From an uncultured Gemmatimonadales bacterium (GTDB taxonomy: Bacteria > Gemmatimonadota > Gemmatimonadetes > Gemmatimonadales > GWC2-71-9): a stretch of DNA of 64,000 nt. The notes beneath the pieces were generated by a model that saw only the letters and a program-made list of their open reading frames with translations, was not told the DNA's origin and ran no database searches. A program made the translations under genes and the position numbers. The stretch is from positions 128,001 to 192,000 of the forward strand of contig CAVSQW010000002.1 of the NCBI GenBank assembly GCA_963730185.1, in the 5' to 3' direction. Position 1 is the first letter of the stretch. The number at the start of each line of letters is the position of its first letter. Below, one piece after another: positions 42,397 through 50,108 of the stretch.

Positions 42397-42892
42397 CCCG
42401 GCCGGGGCGGTCCAGCCGCCCCTCCGGGTGGACCACGCGCTCGGGATGCGGTGGGCCCTGGCCGCGGCCGAGCGCGCCGGCGCCGCCGGCGAAGTGCCGG
42501 TCGGCGCCGTCGTCGTTCAGGACAGCCGGATCATTGCCGAGGCGGGGAACGAGATGGTGGCCCGCTCGGATCCGACCGCGCATGCCGAGCTGGTCGCCAT
42601 TCAGCGGGCGCTGGCCGGGTTGGACACCGACCGCCTGAACGACGCCACGCTCTACATCACCCTCGAGCCCTGCGCCCAGTGCGCCGGCGCCATCGTCCTC
42701 GCCAAGGTGGGGCGGGTGGTGTTCGCCGCCTACGACGACAAGGCCGGGATGGCGGGCTCGGTGGGGGATCTGCTCCGGCATCCCAAGCTCAACCACCGGC
42801 CCGAGGTGATCGGCGGAGTGATGGCGGAGGTGGCGGGGGAGATGCTGAGGAGGTTCTTCAAGGAGAGGCGCGGCGGGGATCGATTGGGGTGA
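42389..42892 (+). CDS. tadA: tRNA adenosine(34) deaminase
   Basis: [26 protein letters not shown] and FF..RR. Confidence 0.92.
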   Translation: MSNPAGAVQPPLRVDHALGMRWALAAAERAGAAGEVPVGAVVVQDSRIIAEAGNEMVARSDPTAHAELVAIQRALAGLDTDRLNDATLYITLEPCAQCAGAIVLAKVGRVVFAAYDDKAGMAGSVGDLLRHPKLNHRPEVIGGVMAEVAGEMLRRFFKERRGGDRLG

Positions 42893-42988
42893 GGAGGGAT
42901 AGGGCGGGATGGGGAGAGGCTGAGAGCGGGCACTCGCCTCTCCGCGTTGCCCAAGTCACGTCCCCATCCCGCCCCATCCCGCCCCACC
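42888..42988. repeat. Decamer-period palindromic element (GATGGGGCGG/CCCCATCCCG), copy A
   Basis: 42888-42915 pairs with 42961-42988 at 25 of 28 positions. Lies between convergent genes. Confidence 0.8.
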
Positions 42989-42993
42989 GCCCG

Positions 42994-43833
42994 TCAGATC
43001 CTTCCGTTCCGCTTCGACTCGAGCAGACTCGTTGCCGGGTCGATCCGGTAGAGCTCCAGGGCGTTCTCACCCATGATCTTCCGCTTCTCCTTCTGGGGAA
43101 TCGAGAGCTGCTCCATGAAGTCCAGGTATCCCTCCATCGACGAGATCGGCCAGTCGGTGCCGTAGAGCACGTTCTCCGGCTCCACCCCGTAGAGCAGGAT
43201 CTCCTGCACCTGCTTCCGCATGAACCGCTCGAACCGGTCGGTGAAGTCGCCCAGCACGAAGCCCGAGATGTCGGTGTAGACGTTGGCGTTCTTGTAGACC
43301 ACCTCCATGCAGTCCCGGATCCACGGGTTGCCGACGTGACAGATCACGAAGTTCACCTCGGGGTGGTCGACCGCGGTCTCGTCGATGTGGAGCGGGTGGG
43401 AGTACTTGACCTTGCCGGAGGGCGCGTAGGTGTCGCCCGAGTGGATCATGACGGGGATCCGGTGCTTGGCCGCGAAGGCGTAGGCCGGCTCCCACTTGGC
43501 GTCGCTCGGGTAAAACGGCTGGTAGCCGGGGTAGAGCTTGAGTCCCTTGAGCTTGCCGGCCTCGATGTGGGGTAGCAGCTCGTCGAGCTGGCTCGGCTGG
43601 AAGTGCTCGTAGCTGAGGCCGGCCACCACGTAGAGGTGGGGCTGGTCGGCGACGGCCTCGAGCACCTGGACCGTCGAGGGCCGGCCGGGGGTCACCTTGT
43701 AGGAGGTGAGGATCACGGCGATGTCGACCCGGTTGAGCTTCAGCTCCCGGTTGAGGGCGGCCAGCCGGTCGGGCAGGGTGCCGACGGTGTCCTCGTGATA
43801 GTTGTTGAGATGGACGTGACAGTCGACGATCAT
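42994..43833 (-). CDS. Amidohydrolase_2-family metallohydrolase
   Basis: IVDCHVH, KGLKLYPGY, VMIHSG, ICHVG, YTDISG and LYGTDWP. Confidence 0.9.
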   Translation of the reverse strand: MIVDCHVHLNNYHEDTVGTLPDRLAALNRELKLNRVDIAVILTSYKVTPGRPSTVQVLEAVADQPHLYVVAGLSYEHFQPSQLDELLPHIEAGKLKGLKLYPGYQPFYPSDAKWEPAYAFAAKHRIPVMIHSGDTYAPSGKVKYSHPLHIDETAVDHPEVNFVICHVGNPWIRDCMEVVYKNANVYTDISGFVLGDFTDRFERFMRKQVQEILLYGVEPENVLYGTDWPISSMEGYLDFMEQLSIPQKEKRKIMGENALELYRIDPATSLLESKRNGRI

Positions 43834-44498
43834 CAGGCCTTCCAGGTTCGCTGAATGATGGCAGCGGCCCACTCCCGGCCGCCCAGCCCGAAGGCCAGCG
43901 CGAGCGCCAGGCAGAGCCCGCCGAAGGCCAGCTGGAAGGCCGAGGTCAGCACGGGGCCCCCGATCTGGAGCTGCTGCAGCGCGAGCGTGGCCACGAAGGT
44001 GAGCGTGGCGATGTGCGCCAGGACCCCGATCGCGCGCGCGCCCTGCACCCCGATGTTGTTGAGATAGGTGTGTACGGTGGCGCCGATGAACCGGGCCAGC
44101 ATGGTGCCGAAGACCACGATCACCAAGGCGACGAGGATCTTGGGCAGGTAAGTACCGACCTCATCGAGCAGGGTCGTCGACACGGGGACGCCGAGGATGT
44201 TGAAGACCGCCATGGCGACGACCAGCATCAGGCCCCAGTAGATCAGGTTGGCGGTCAGGGTGACCGTGGTGAACCGGACACCGCCTCGCATCAGAAAGTC
44301 CTCGAGGCCGGCCCGTTCGGCGGCGCTCTCCAACCGGAGGAGCCGGAGCAGGCGGAGCACCAGCTTGCGGATCGTCCGGGCCACCAGCCAGCCGAGAATG
44401 AGAAAGGCGAGCGCTCCGAAGACCCGCGGCGACACGACCTGGAGCTGGTCCCAGGTGAGCTTCAGGGCGTCGGTGATCGGGTCGAGAAAGGTCGGCAT
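43833..44498 (-). CDS. CmpX-like membrane protein (MscS TM-helix repeats, no cytoplasmic cage)
   Basis: Two repeats of P.ilgAl.il..G, ending ALAFGLGGRE. 221 aa. Confidence 0.8.
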   Translation of the reverse strand: MPTFLDPITDALKLTWDQLQVVSPRVFGALAFLILGWLVARTIRKLVLRLLRLLRLESAAERAGLEDFLMRGGVRFTTVTLTANLIYWGLMLVVAMAVFNILGVPVSTTLLDEVGTYLPKILVALVIVVFGTMLARFIGATVHTYLNNIGVQGARAIGVLAHIATLTFVATLALQQLQIGGPVLTSAFQLAFGGLCLALALAFGLGGREWAAAIIQRTWKA

Positions 44499-44607
44499 GC
44501 GGAATCTCCCCCGTCGAGCGAACCCAAGAGGAGCGCGGCCCAAAGGGAGCCGCGCGGGAACCGATCGAGGAACGTAGGATAGTGAGGGGCATTCGGAGGG
44601 GCTAGCT

Positions 44608-44706
44608 TGGGGTGAGAGACGGGGGGAGATGGGGTGGGGGAGGGGCGAGGGAGGTGCGCCTCCCCATCCCTCCCCATCTCGCCCCATCTCGTCCACCTCT
44701 CGCCCC
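44608..44706. repeat. Decamer-period palindromic element, copy B (G-run left arm, CCCCAT right arm)
   Basis: TTGGGGTGAG...GAGATGGGG... followed by TCCCCATCCC TCCCCATCTC GCCCCATCTC. Confidence 0.75.
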
Positions 44707-44719
44707 CGGACTCCCGCTC

Positions 44720-46156
44720 ATGCTCCGTCGCCCGCTAGCCTCCCTCGTCCTCCTGGCAAGCCTCGCCCTCCCGCCCGCTTCCGCCCAGGCGCCCGCCGGC
44801 GCCGACCGGATGCTCGTGTCGATCGACCAGCGGGCCGGCGCCTACGCGACCGTGGCCCACCAGATCTGGAGCTACGCCGAGGTCGGCTACCAGGAGACCC
44901 GGAGCAGCGCGCTCCTCCAGCAGCAGCTCCGGGAGGCCGGGTTCAAGGTCGAGGCCGGGGTCGCGTCGATGCCCACGGCGTTCGTCGCCACCTGGGGCTC
45001 CGGCCGGCCGGTCCTGGGCATCGTAGGCGAGTTCGATGCGCTGCCGGGCCTCTCGCAGGACTCGGTGCCGGTCCGGAAGCCGCTGCTCGACGGCGGGCCG
45101 GGGCACGGCTGCGGCCACCATCTCTTCGGGACGGCCTCGGTCGCGGCGGCCATCGCCCTCAAGGACTGGATGGCCACGACCGGACAGAAGGGCACCATCA
45201 AGGTGCTCGGCACGCCGGCCGAAGAGGGCGGGGGCGGGAAGATCTACATGATCCGGGCGGGGCTCTTCGAGGGGGTCGACGCCGTGCTCGCCTGGCACCC
45301 GGGCGACGAGAACGTGGTTTCCCGGGGCACCACCCTCGCCAACATCGCCGCCAAGTTCCGGTTCCACGGCAAGAGCGCCCACGCGGCGGCCGCGCCGGAC
45401 CAGGGCCGGTCCGCCCTCGACGCCGTCGAGGCGATGGACGACATGGTCAACCTGATGCGCGAGCACGTGCCCCAGGAGACCCGGATCCACTACATCATCA
45501 CCAACGGCGGCAAGGCGCCCAACGTGGTGCCCGACTTCGCCGAGAGCTACTACTACGCCCGGCACAGCGACATGCGGATCCTGGACGGCATCTGGGACCG
45601 GATCGTCGACGCCGGCAAGGGCGCCGCCCTCGGCACCGGCACCACCGTGGAGGTCGAGCTGGTCAACGCGGTCTACAACGTGCTCCCGAACACGGCGCTG
45701 GCCGACGTGATGGACCAGGCCCTGAAGGTGGTGGGCGGAGTCACCTACGACGCCCACGACCGCGACTTCGCCGCCGAGATCCGCACCACCCTGGCCGACA
45801 CCACGCTCCCGATCGGCGACGAGGCCACCATCCACCACTCCGACGGCAGCCTCTCCAGCGCCTCGAGCGACCTGGGCGACGTGAGCTGGGTCACCCCCAT
45901 GGTGGAGCTGGTCGCCGCCACCTGGGTGCCCGGGACCCCGGCCCATAGCTGGCAAGCCACCGCCGCCGGCGGCATGGACATCGGGGCCAAGGGCATGATC
46001 GTCGCGGCCAAGACCCTCGCCCTGACCGGGGCCATGCTGTTCAGCGACCCAGCCTCCCTGGACCGGGCGCAGGCCGAGCAGACGAGGCGCCTGGCCGGGT
46101 TCGTCTACCAGAGCCGAATCGGCGACCGGGCGCCGCCGCTGGACTACCGGAAGTGA
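44720..46156 (+). CDS. M20 amidohydrolase, AbgB-like, with signal peptide
   Basis: GEFDALPGLSQ, GHGCGHH, GTPAEEGG, WHPG, GRSALDAVE, SSDLGDVSW and HSWQ. Confidence 0.9.
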   Translation: MLRRPLASLVLLASLALPPASAQAPAGADRMLVSIDQRAGAYATVAHQIWSYAEVGYQETRSSALLQQQLREAGFKVEAGVASMPTAFVATWGSGRPVLGIVGEFDALPGLSQDSVPVRKPLLDGGPGHGCGHHLFGTASVAAAIALKDWMATTGQKGTIKVLGTPAEEGGGGKIYMIRAGLFEGVDAVLAWHPGDENVVSRGTTLANIAAKFRFHGKSAHAAAAPDQGRSALDAVEAMDDMVNLMREHVPQETRIHYIITNGGKAPNVVPDFAESYYYARHSDMRILDGIWDRIVDAGKGAALGTGTTVEVELVNAVYNVLPNTALADVMDQALKVVGGVTYDAHDRDFAAEIRTTLADTTLPIGDEATIHHSDGSLSSASSDLGDVSWVTPMVELVAATWVPGTPAHSWQATAAGGMDIGAKGMIVAAKTLALTGAMLFSDPASLDRAQAEQTRRLAGFVYQSRIGDRAPPLDYRK

Positions 46157-46878
46157 TGCCGGGCCATCAACACAACAACAACAACAACAGATTTACCGCA
46201 GAGTTCGCAGAGGACGCAGAGGCCTCGGCGCCCCTCTGCGGCCTCTGCGTCTCTGCGGTAATCAGTTGTTGTTGTGGTTGTGGTTGTTGTTGTTGTGTTG
46301 CCCAGGCCGTCGAAATAGAAGTCCAGCATTGCCCGGAGCGGCTTCGGGCTGCCCTGGAGGCGGCTTCGGAGGGCCGCGCCTTCCCAGCAATCCACCAGGA
46401 CGTTCGCCAGGCGGGCGGGGTCGGCGCCCTTGGGGAGCTCGCCGGCGGTGCGGGCTTCGCGGAGGCAGCCCGCGAGGCGCTCGGCGATGGTGGCGATGCA
46501 GCCGTCGATCTTGGCCCGGAAGACGTCGCTCGCGCCGGAGAGCTCCTGGCCCAGGCCGCCGAGCAGGCAGCCGAGGTAGCCCTCCTGCCGGTAGGCCTGC
46601 TCTGTCATCTCGAAGAAGCGGCGCACCCGCTGGAGCGGGCGGAGGCTGGTGTCGCCCAGGCAGGCATCGAGCCCGGCGTGGACCGCCGCCATGTAGCGGT
46701 CCACCACCTGGAGGGCGAAGTCTTCCTTGTCCTTGAAATGGTGGTAGAACGACCCCTTGGGGACCTCGGTCGCGTCGAGCACCGCCTGGACGCCGAGCCC
46801 GTGATAGCCGCGCTCGAGGAGCATGGCCCAGCCGGCGTCCAGCAGGCGATCCTTGGTCGAGAGGTCGGCCTCGGTCAA
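46144..46878 (-). CDS. TetR-family regulator, NemR-like; frame runs through the repeat element
   Basis: TTG overlaps the cupin stop. HTH VPKGSFYHHFKDKEDF, then GCLLGGLGQE and WEGAALR. After DFYFDGLG the ORF continues NTTTT...LCVLCELC...VVVVVV. Confidence 0.88.
   Translation of the reverse strand: MTEADLSTKDRLLDAGWAMLLERGYHGLGVQAVLDATEVPKGSFYHHFKDKEDFALQVVDRYMAAVHAGLDACLGDTSLRPLQRVRRFFEMTEQAYRQEGYLGCLLGGLGQELSGASDVFRAKIDGCIATIAERLAGCLREARTAGELPKGADPARLANVLVDCWEGAALRSRLQGSPKPLRAMLDFYFDGLGNTTTTTTTTTTTDYRRDAEAAEGRRGLCVLCELCGKSVVVVVVLMARHHFR
46168..46300. repeat. CAA/TTG-tailed palindromic element, copy 1
   Basis: Perfect 18-bp terminal inverted repeat CAACACAACAACAACAAC (46168-46185 / 46283-46300) around three CGCAGAG and three CTCTGCG units. 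Confidence 0.92.
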
Positions 46879-47261
46879 GCACCCACCTTCTTGCGCATGT
46901 GGTCGATCACGTGACTGTGCTCGTGCTCGGGGCTGAACATGATGATCTCGGCGTCGGCGTCCACCCGGACGTTGTGTCCCGCCGGCCAGTAGAAGAGGTC
47001 GTTGGCCCGGACCGTCTCCTGCGCGCCCTCGGCGTCGGTGGTAGTGAGCTGGCCCGCGAGGACGAAACCCCAGTGCGGGCACTGGCACAGGTTCCCCTCG
47101 AGCCCCTGAAAGAGCGGGGTGGTATCGACCCCGGCCGCCAGGGTGAAGTACTCCCCGCTGATCCCGCCAAAGTCGCCGGCTTGGCCGAACCCCTTCTGCT
47201 GACGGATCACGGCCCCGGGAATCTGCATCCGAACGTCGACGTCGTCTTTCGCCACGCGCAT
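46875..47261 (-). CDS. Cupin-domain protein
   Basis: CQCPHWGFVLAG and FYWPAGH cupin motifs. GGAGG SD. Confidence 0.85.
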   Translation of the reverse strand: MRVAKDDVDVRMQIPGAVIRQQKGFGQAGDFGGISGEYFTLAAGVDTTPLFQGLEGNLCQCPHWGFVLAGQLTTTDAEGAQETVRANDLFYWPAGHNVRVDADAEIIMFSPEHEHSHVIDHMRKKVGA

Positions 47262-47287
47262 GGTGCCTCCGCCAGAGGGGTGTTAGC

Positions 47288-47307
47288 ACTAGACCGATCG
47301 GTCTAGT
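47288..47307. promoter_or_regulatory. NemR-type operator
   Basis: Perfect 20-bp palindrome ACTAGACCGATCGGTCTAGT containing TAGACC-N4-GGTCTA. Confidence 0.88.
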
Positions 47308-47311
47308 CGCA

Positions 47312-47340
47312 AGGATACCTGTCCGCCCCTGGGCCGTCAA
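47312..47340 (-). promoter_or_regulatory. Sigma70 promoter of the cupin-tetR operon
   Basis: TTGACG-N17-TATCCT on the minus strand. The operator begins 4 nt downstream of the -10. Confidence 0.75.
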
Positions 47341-47381
47341 GCGGGAAACTCGCTTCTCGCGCCACCATCGGTGAGCACTGC

Positions 47382-47504
47382 CACCACAACAACAGCTTTA
47401 CCGCAGAGTTCGCAGAGGACGCAGAGGCCTCGGCGTCCCTCCGCGGCCTCTGCGTCTCTGCGGTAGTCAGTTTGTTGTTGTTGTTGTTGTTGTTGCTGTT
47501 GTTG
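47382..47504. repeat. CAA/TTG-tailed palindromic element, copy 2
   Basis: 47386-47472 matches 46181-46267 with 4 mismatches in 87 bp, same orientation. Long (GTT)n tail. Confidence 0.92.
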
Positions 47505-47508
47505 CCGG

Positions 47509-48048
47509 TCAGCGATCGTCGTCGTCACGGTCGCGGCGGCTCTCCCGCTTGCCTTCGGTGGCCGAGGCGCGGGCTTCGCCGCGGGTCGAGGCAGCCGCCT
47601 GGGCGTAGGCCGAGCCGGCGCCGTGCTGGTAGACCAGGGCGCCGCCCGAGTGCCCGACCTGGTAGCCGGCCACGGTCAGGGCCAGGGCGGCGGCCAGGCC
47701 GGTGCCCCGGGCCACGTCGCCCAGCTTGCCCTTCGCCATCCCCACCGCGCTGATGCCGAGCACCCCGAGCGAGAGCAGGAGGAACCGGTCGGCGGCTTCC
47801 TCGTGGGTGCCGAGGTTGGCCTCGCCGACGACGTCTTCCACCCGCTCCTCCTGGGCTTCGCCGGTCTGGACCGAGGCCCACGCGGAGAGCGTCAGGGCGG
47901 CCGACAGGACCAGCGGGAAGGCCCAGGCCTTACGCGGCGCCGTGCCTCGCCGGATGGCCCAGAGGGCGCCGATCGCCGCGAGCGGCAGCAGGGCCATGAA
48001 GACGATAGGGAAGTGAACCAGGGCCGGGTGCAGCGGATCGGGCAACAT
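47509..48048 (-). CDS. DUF2231-like membrane protein
   Basis: PLHPALVHFPIV, four TM helices, TG, HEE and GHSGGALVY.HG. AAGGAG SD. Confidence 0.82.
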   Translation of the reverse strand: MLPDPLHPALVHFPIVFMALLPLAAIGALWAIRRGTAPRKAWAFPLVLSAALTLSAWASVQTGEAQEERVEDVVGEANLGTHEEAADRFLLLSLGVLGISAVGMAKGKLGDVARGTGLAAALALTVAGYQVGHSGGALVYQHGAGSAYAQAAASTRGEARASATEGKRESRRDRDDDDR

Positions 48049-48123
48049 TGGGTGCTCCTTGCGGTCGAAGTCGTCGGTGCCAGCCGTCGGGACGCACGCT
48101 AGGGCCCGGCCGCCGCCGCACAA

Positions 48124-48186
48124 TCCGACATGTGACGGAACCCCTTGGGCGGGTGCAGATTACGGGCGCATCCGACATTTGACGGA
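48124..48186. promoter_or_regulatory. Twin 16-bp pseudo-palindromic boxes TCCGACAT(G/T)TGACGGA
   Basis: 48124-48139 and 48171-48186 match at 15 of 16 positions, in a divergent intergenic region. Confidence 0.75.
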
Positions 48187-48196
48187 GGCGAGGCGC

Positions 48197-48723
48197 GTGG
48201 CAGAAGACGGCGAATCGGCCCTCCGGCTGCCGCTGGTGGGGCTTCTGGTGGTGATCGCGGCGGGTGGGGCCATCGACCTGGCCTTCGACCGCCCGGCCAG
48301 CTGGCGCTCGGCGCACGTGCTCTACGAGCTCTTCCTCATCGCCGCCGCTCTGGCCACGGCGGCCTGGCTCTGGCTCCGGTGGCGGCGGGCCGAGCAGCGG
48401 ACGGTGGAGCTCCGCCGGGCGGTGGGCGAGCGGCAGGCGGAGCGGGACGCCTGGCGGGCCAGCGCCGAGCAGGCGCTCGAGGGGCTGGCCCAGGCGATCG
48501 ACCGGCAGCTCGGGGTTTGGGAGCTGACGCCGGCCGAGCGGGACGTCGTGGTCCGGCTCCTCAAGGGCAAGAGCCACAAGGAGATCGCCAGCGCTAGCGG
48601 GCGGAGCGAGCGGACCGTGCGGCAACATGCGGCGGCGGCCTACCGGAAGGCCGGGCTGGGGGGCGGGCCGAGCTGGCGGCCTACTTTCTGCGAGACCTGC
48701 CGATGGGTGATGGGGTGCCGTAA
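48197..48723 (+). CDS. Membrane-anchored LuxR-type HTH regulator (one base missing in G-run 48658-48663)
   Basis: Two TM helices with HVLYE, coiled coil, then LTPAERDV..LLKGKSHKEIA..SERTVRQH. Shifted frame continues GRAELAAYFLRDL to TAA at 48721-48723. Confidence 0.85.
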
Positions 48724-48755
48724 GTTGGCCCTGGGTTTTAGATTGGCAACCCGTT

Positions 48756-48842
48756 GGACAGGTGTCCGAGTGGCTGAAGGAGCCGGTCTCGAAAACCGGT
48801 ATACCCTCACGGGTATCGTGGGTTCGAATCCCACCCTGTCCG
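48756..48842 (+). tRNA. tRNA-Ser (anticodon CGA), CCA not encoded
   Basis: Acceptor GGACAGG/CCTGTCC, anticodon arm CCGGT-CTCGAAA-ACCGG, long variable arm, T arm GTGGG-TTCGAAT-CCCAC, discriminator G. Confidence 0.96.
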
Positions 48843-48918
48843 TTCCTATCGTGTTTCCCCGAAACAGGTTAGACGATTTGACGACCGAGGTGCCCGAGCG
48901 TGGGTTCGGGTGCGCTTC

Positions 48919-49555
48919 GTTCTTCGGCGAATCCGAGGACCGGCCTCCGCACGGCGCGCCGGTCGTCGTCGTTAGCTCAGCCTTCTGGAAGAGCGCGCTC
49001 GGCGGTCGAACCGACGTGATCGGCACTCGGCTCCGACTGGGGGCGCTCACGACGACCATCATCGGGGTGACGCCTGATGGGTTCGTCGGCATCCCGGCAG
49101 GGCGCTTCCCCGCGGAGGTGTTCCTCCCCATCAGCACGGTCTGGGCGACGTACGGCGAGGGGACCGATGGGCTGGTCGTCTCGATCCCTGATCAGTACTC
49201 CAGTTATGTGGGCAATCTGGGTGGCGTGGAGATGCTGGTCCGTCGGAAGCCCGGGGTGAGCGAGACGAGCGCGTCGGCCGACCTGACCATCGCCCTACGC
49301 CGAAGCTACGAGGCCCAACGGAGCGCGGACCCATCCTCGCCATCACTCAACGCCGCGCGGCCCCAGGCGGCCGCCGGTCCGCTTCGGATCGACCGATGTG
49401 TGCTCGGGCGGAGAGCGCCCTGCTACACCTACGGGCCCGAAGCCAGCATCGCCGCGTGGGTGGGGGCGCTCTCGATCATCGTCTTGCTGGTAGCGGCGGC
49501 CAACGTCGCCAATCTCATGCTCGCCCGGGTCGCGAGCCGTAGGCGGGAGATGGAA
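48919..49555 (+). pseudogene. Internal fragment of an ADOP/MacB-FtsX-type ABC permease
   Basis: FF..EDR...VVVSSAFWK..GG..DVIG, IIGVTP.GF and LLVAAANVANLMLAR..RRREM. No start, and similarity stops abruptly. Confidence 0.75.
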
Positions 49556-49674
49556 GCCACTCGAGGAATCCCTTCCTCACCAATGAGGGTCGGGGAAGTT
49601 CTACAGAGAGTCATCCTGATCGCGCTGGGCTATCGCTGGGTGCAGGCTGACGCGGAATTCCGGGGGGCAACACG

Positions 49675-49886
49675 ATGAACCAATTGTTGTGGGTCCTGCA
49701 GGTCCTCGCGGCGTTCCTGTACGGAGCGTCGGGCATCATGAAGGTGTTCATGTTCGACAGAGTGAGTGAGGGCGTCCCGTCGTTTGGCGCGTTGCCGCGG
49801 CGGGCCTGGATGACGCTCGGCATCCTCGAGCTCGTTTCATGGCGTTCATCGCCTACGGCCGGATGGTCCTGAAACCGATCGTCTGA
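49675..49886 (+). pseudogene. DoxX-like membrane protein with internal deletion
   Basis: N-terminus LWVLQVLAA...GIMK...LGILEL is joined out of frame to a C-terminus FMAFIAYGRMVLKPIV*. Confidence 0.7.
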
Positions 49887-50108
49887 AGGCGGCGGTGAGC
49901 GCGCGGCCGGCAAGTTCCAGGCGATCGACGGACGGGTGGAGGGCGCGGCCGGCGTTCCCTCGTAACGCCGGCGTTCTCATCTTCGGTTGGAGCCTTCGAT
50001 CCTTGCCGACGAGTAGTCGCTGAGTTCGCGTCGCCCAATTCAAGGCCAAGTGGCAAACCGGAACCTTGTGTTGAATGGGATGACGAAATCCCTGGAGGCA
50101 CCTGACTC

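Noticed and set aside
46153..46914. Plus-strand Cys-rich ORF (and the poly-Q ORF at 47337-47528) as metal-binding or RiPP precursor peptides
   Set aside because: The unusual residues are translations of the CAA/TTG tails and palindrome, and the rest is antisense to the TetR gene.
46168..47504. CRISPR array interpretation of the repeats
   Set aside because: Only two long copies 1.2 kb apart with genes between them, no spacer periodicity and no cas genes.
48059..49678. 539-aa ORF joining a LuxR HTH to an ABC permease
   Set aside because: It is created by the G-run frameshift and reads straight through tRNA-Ser into a gene fragment.
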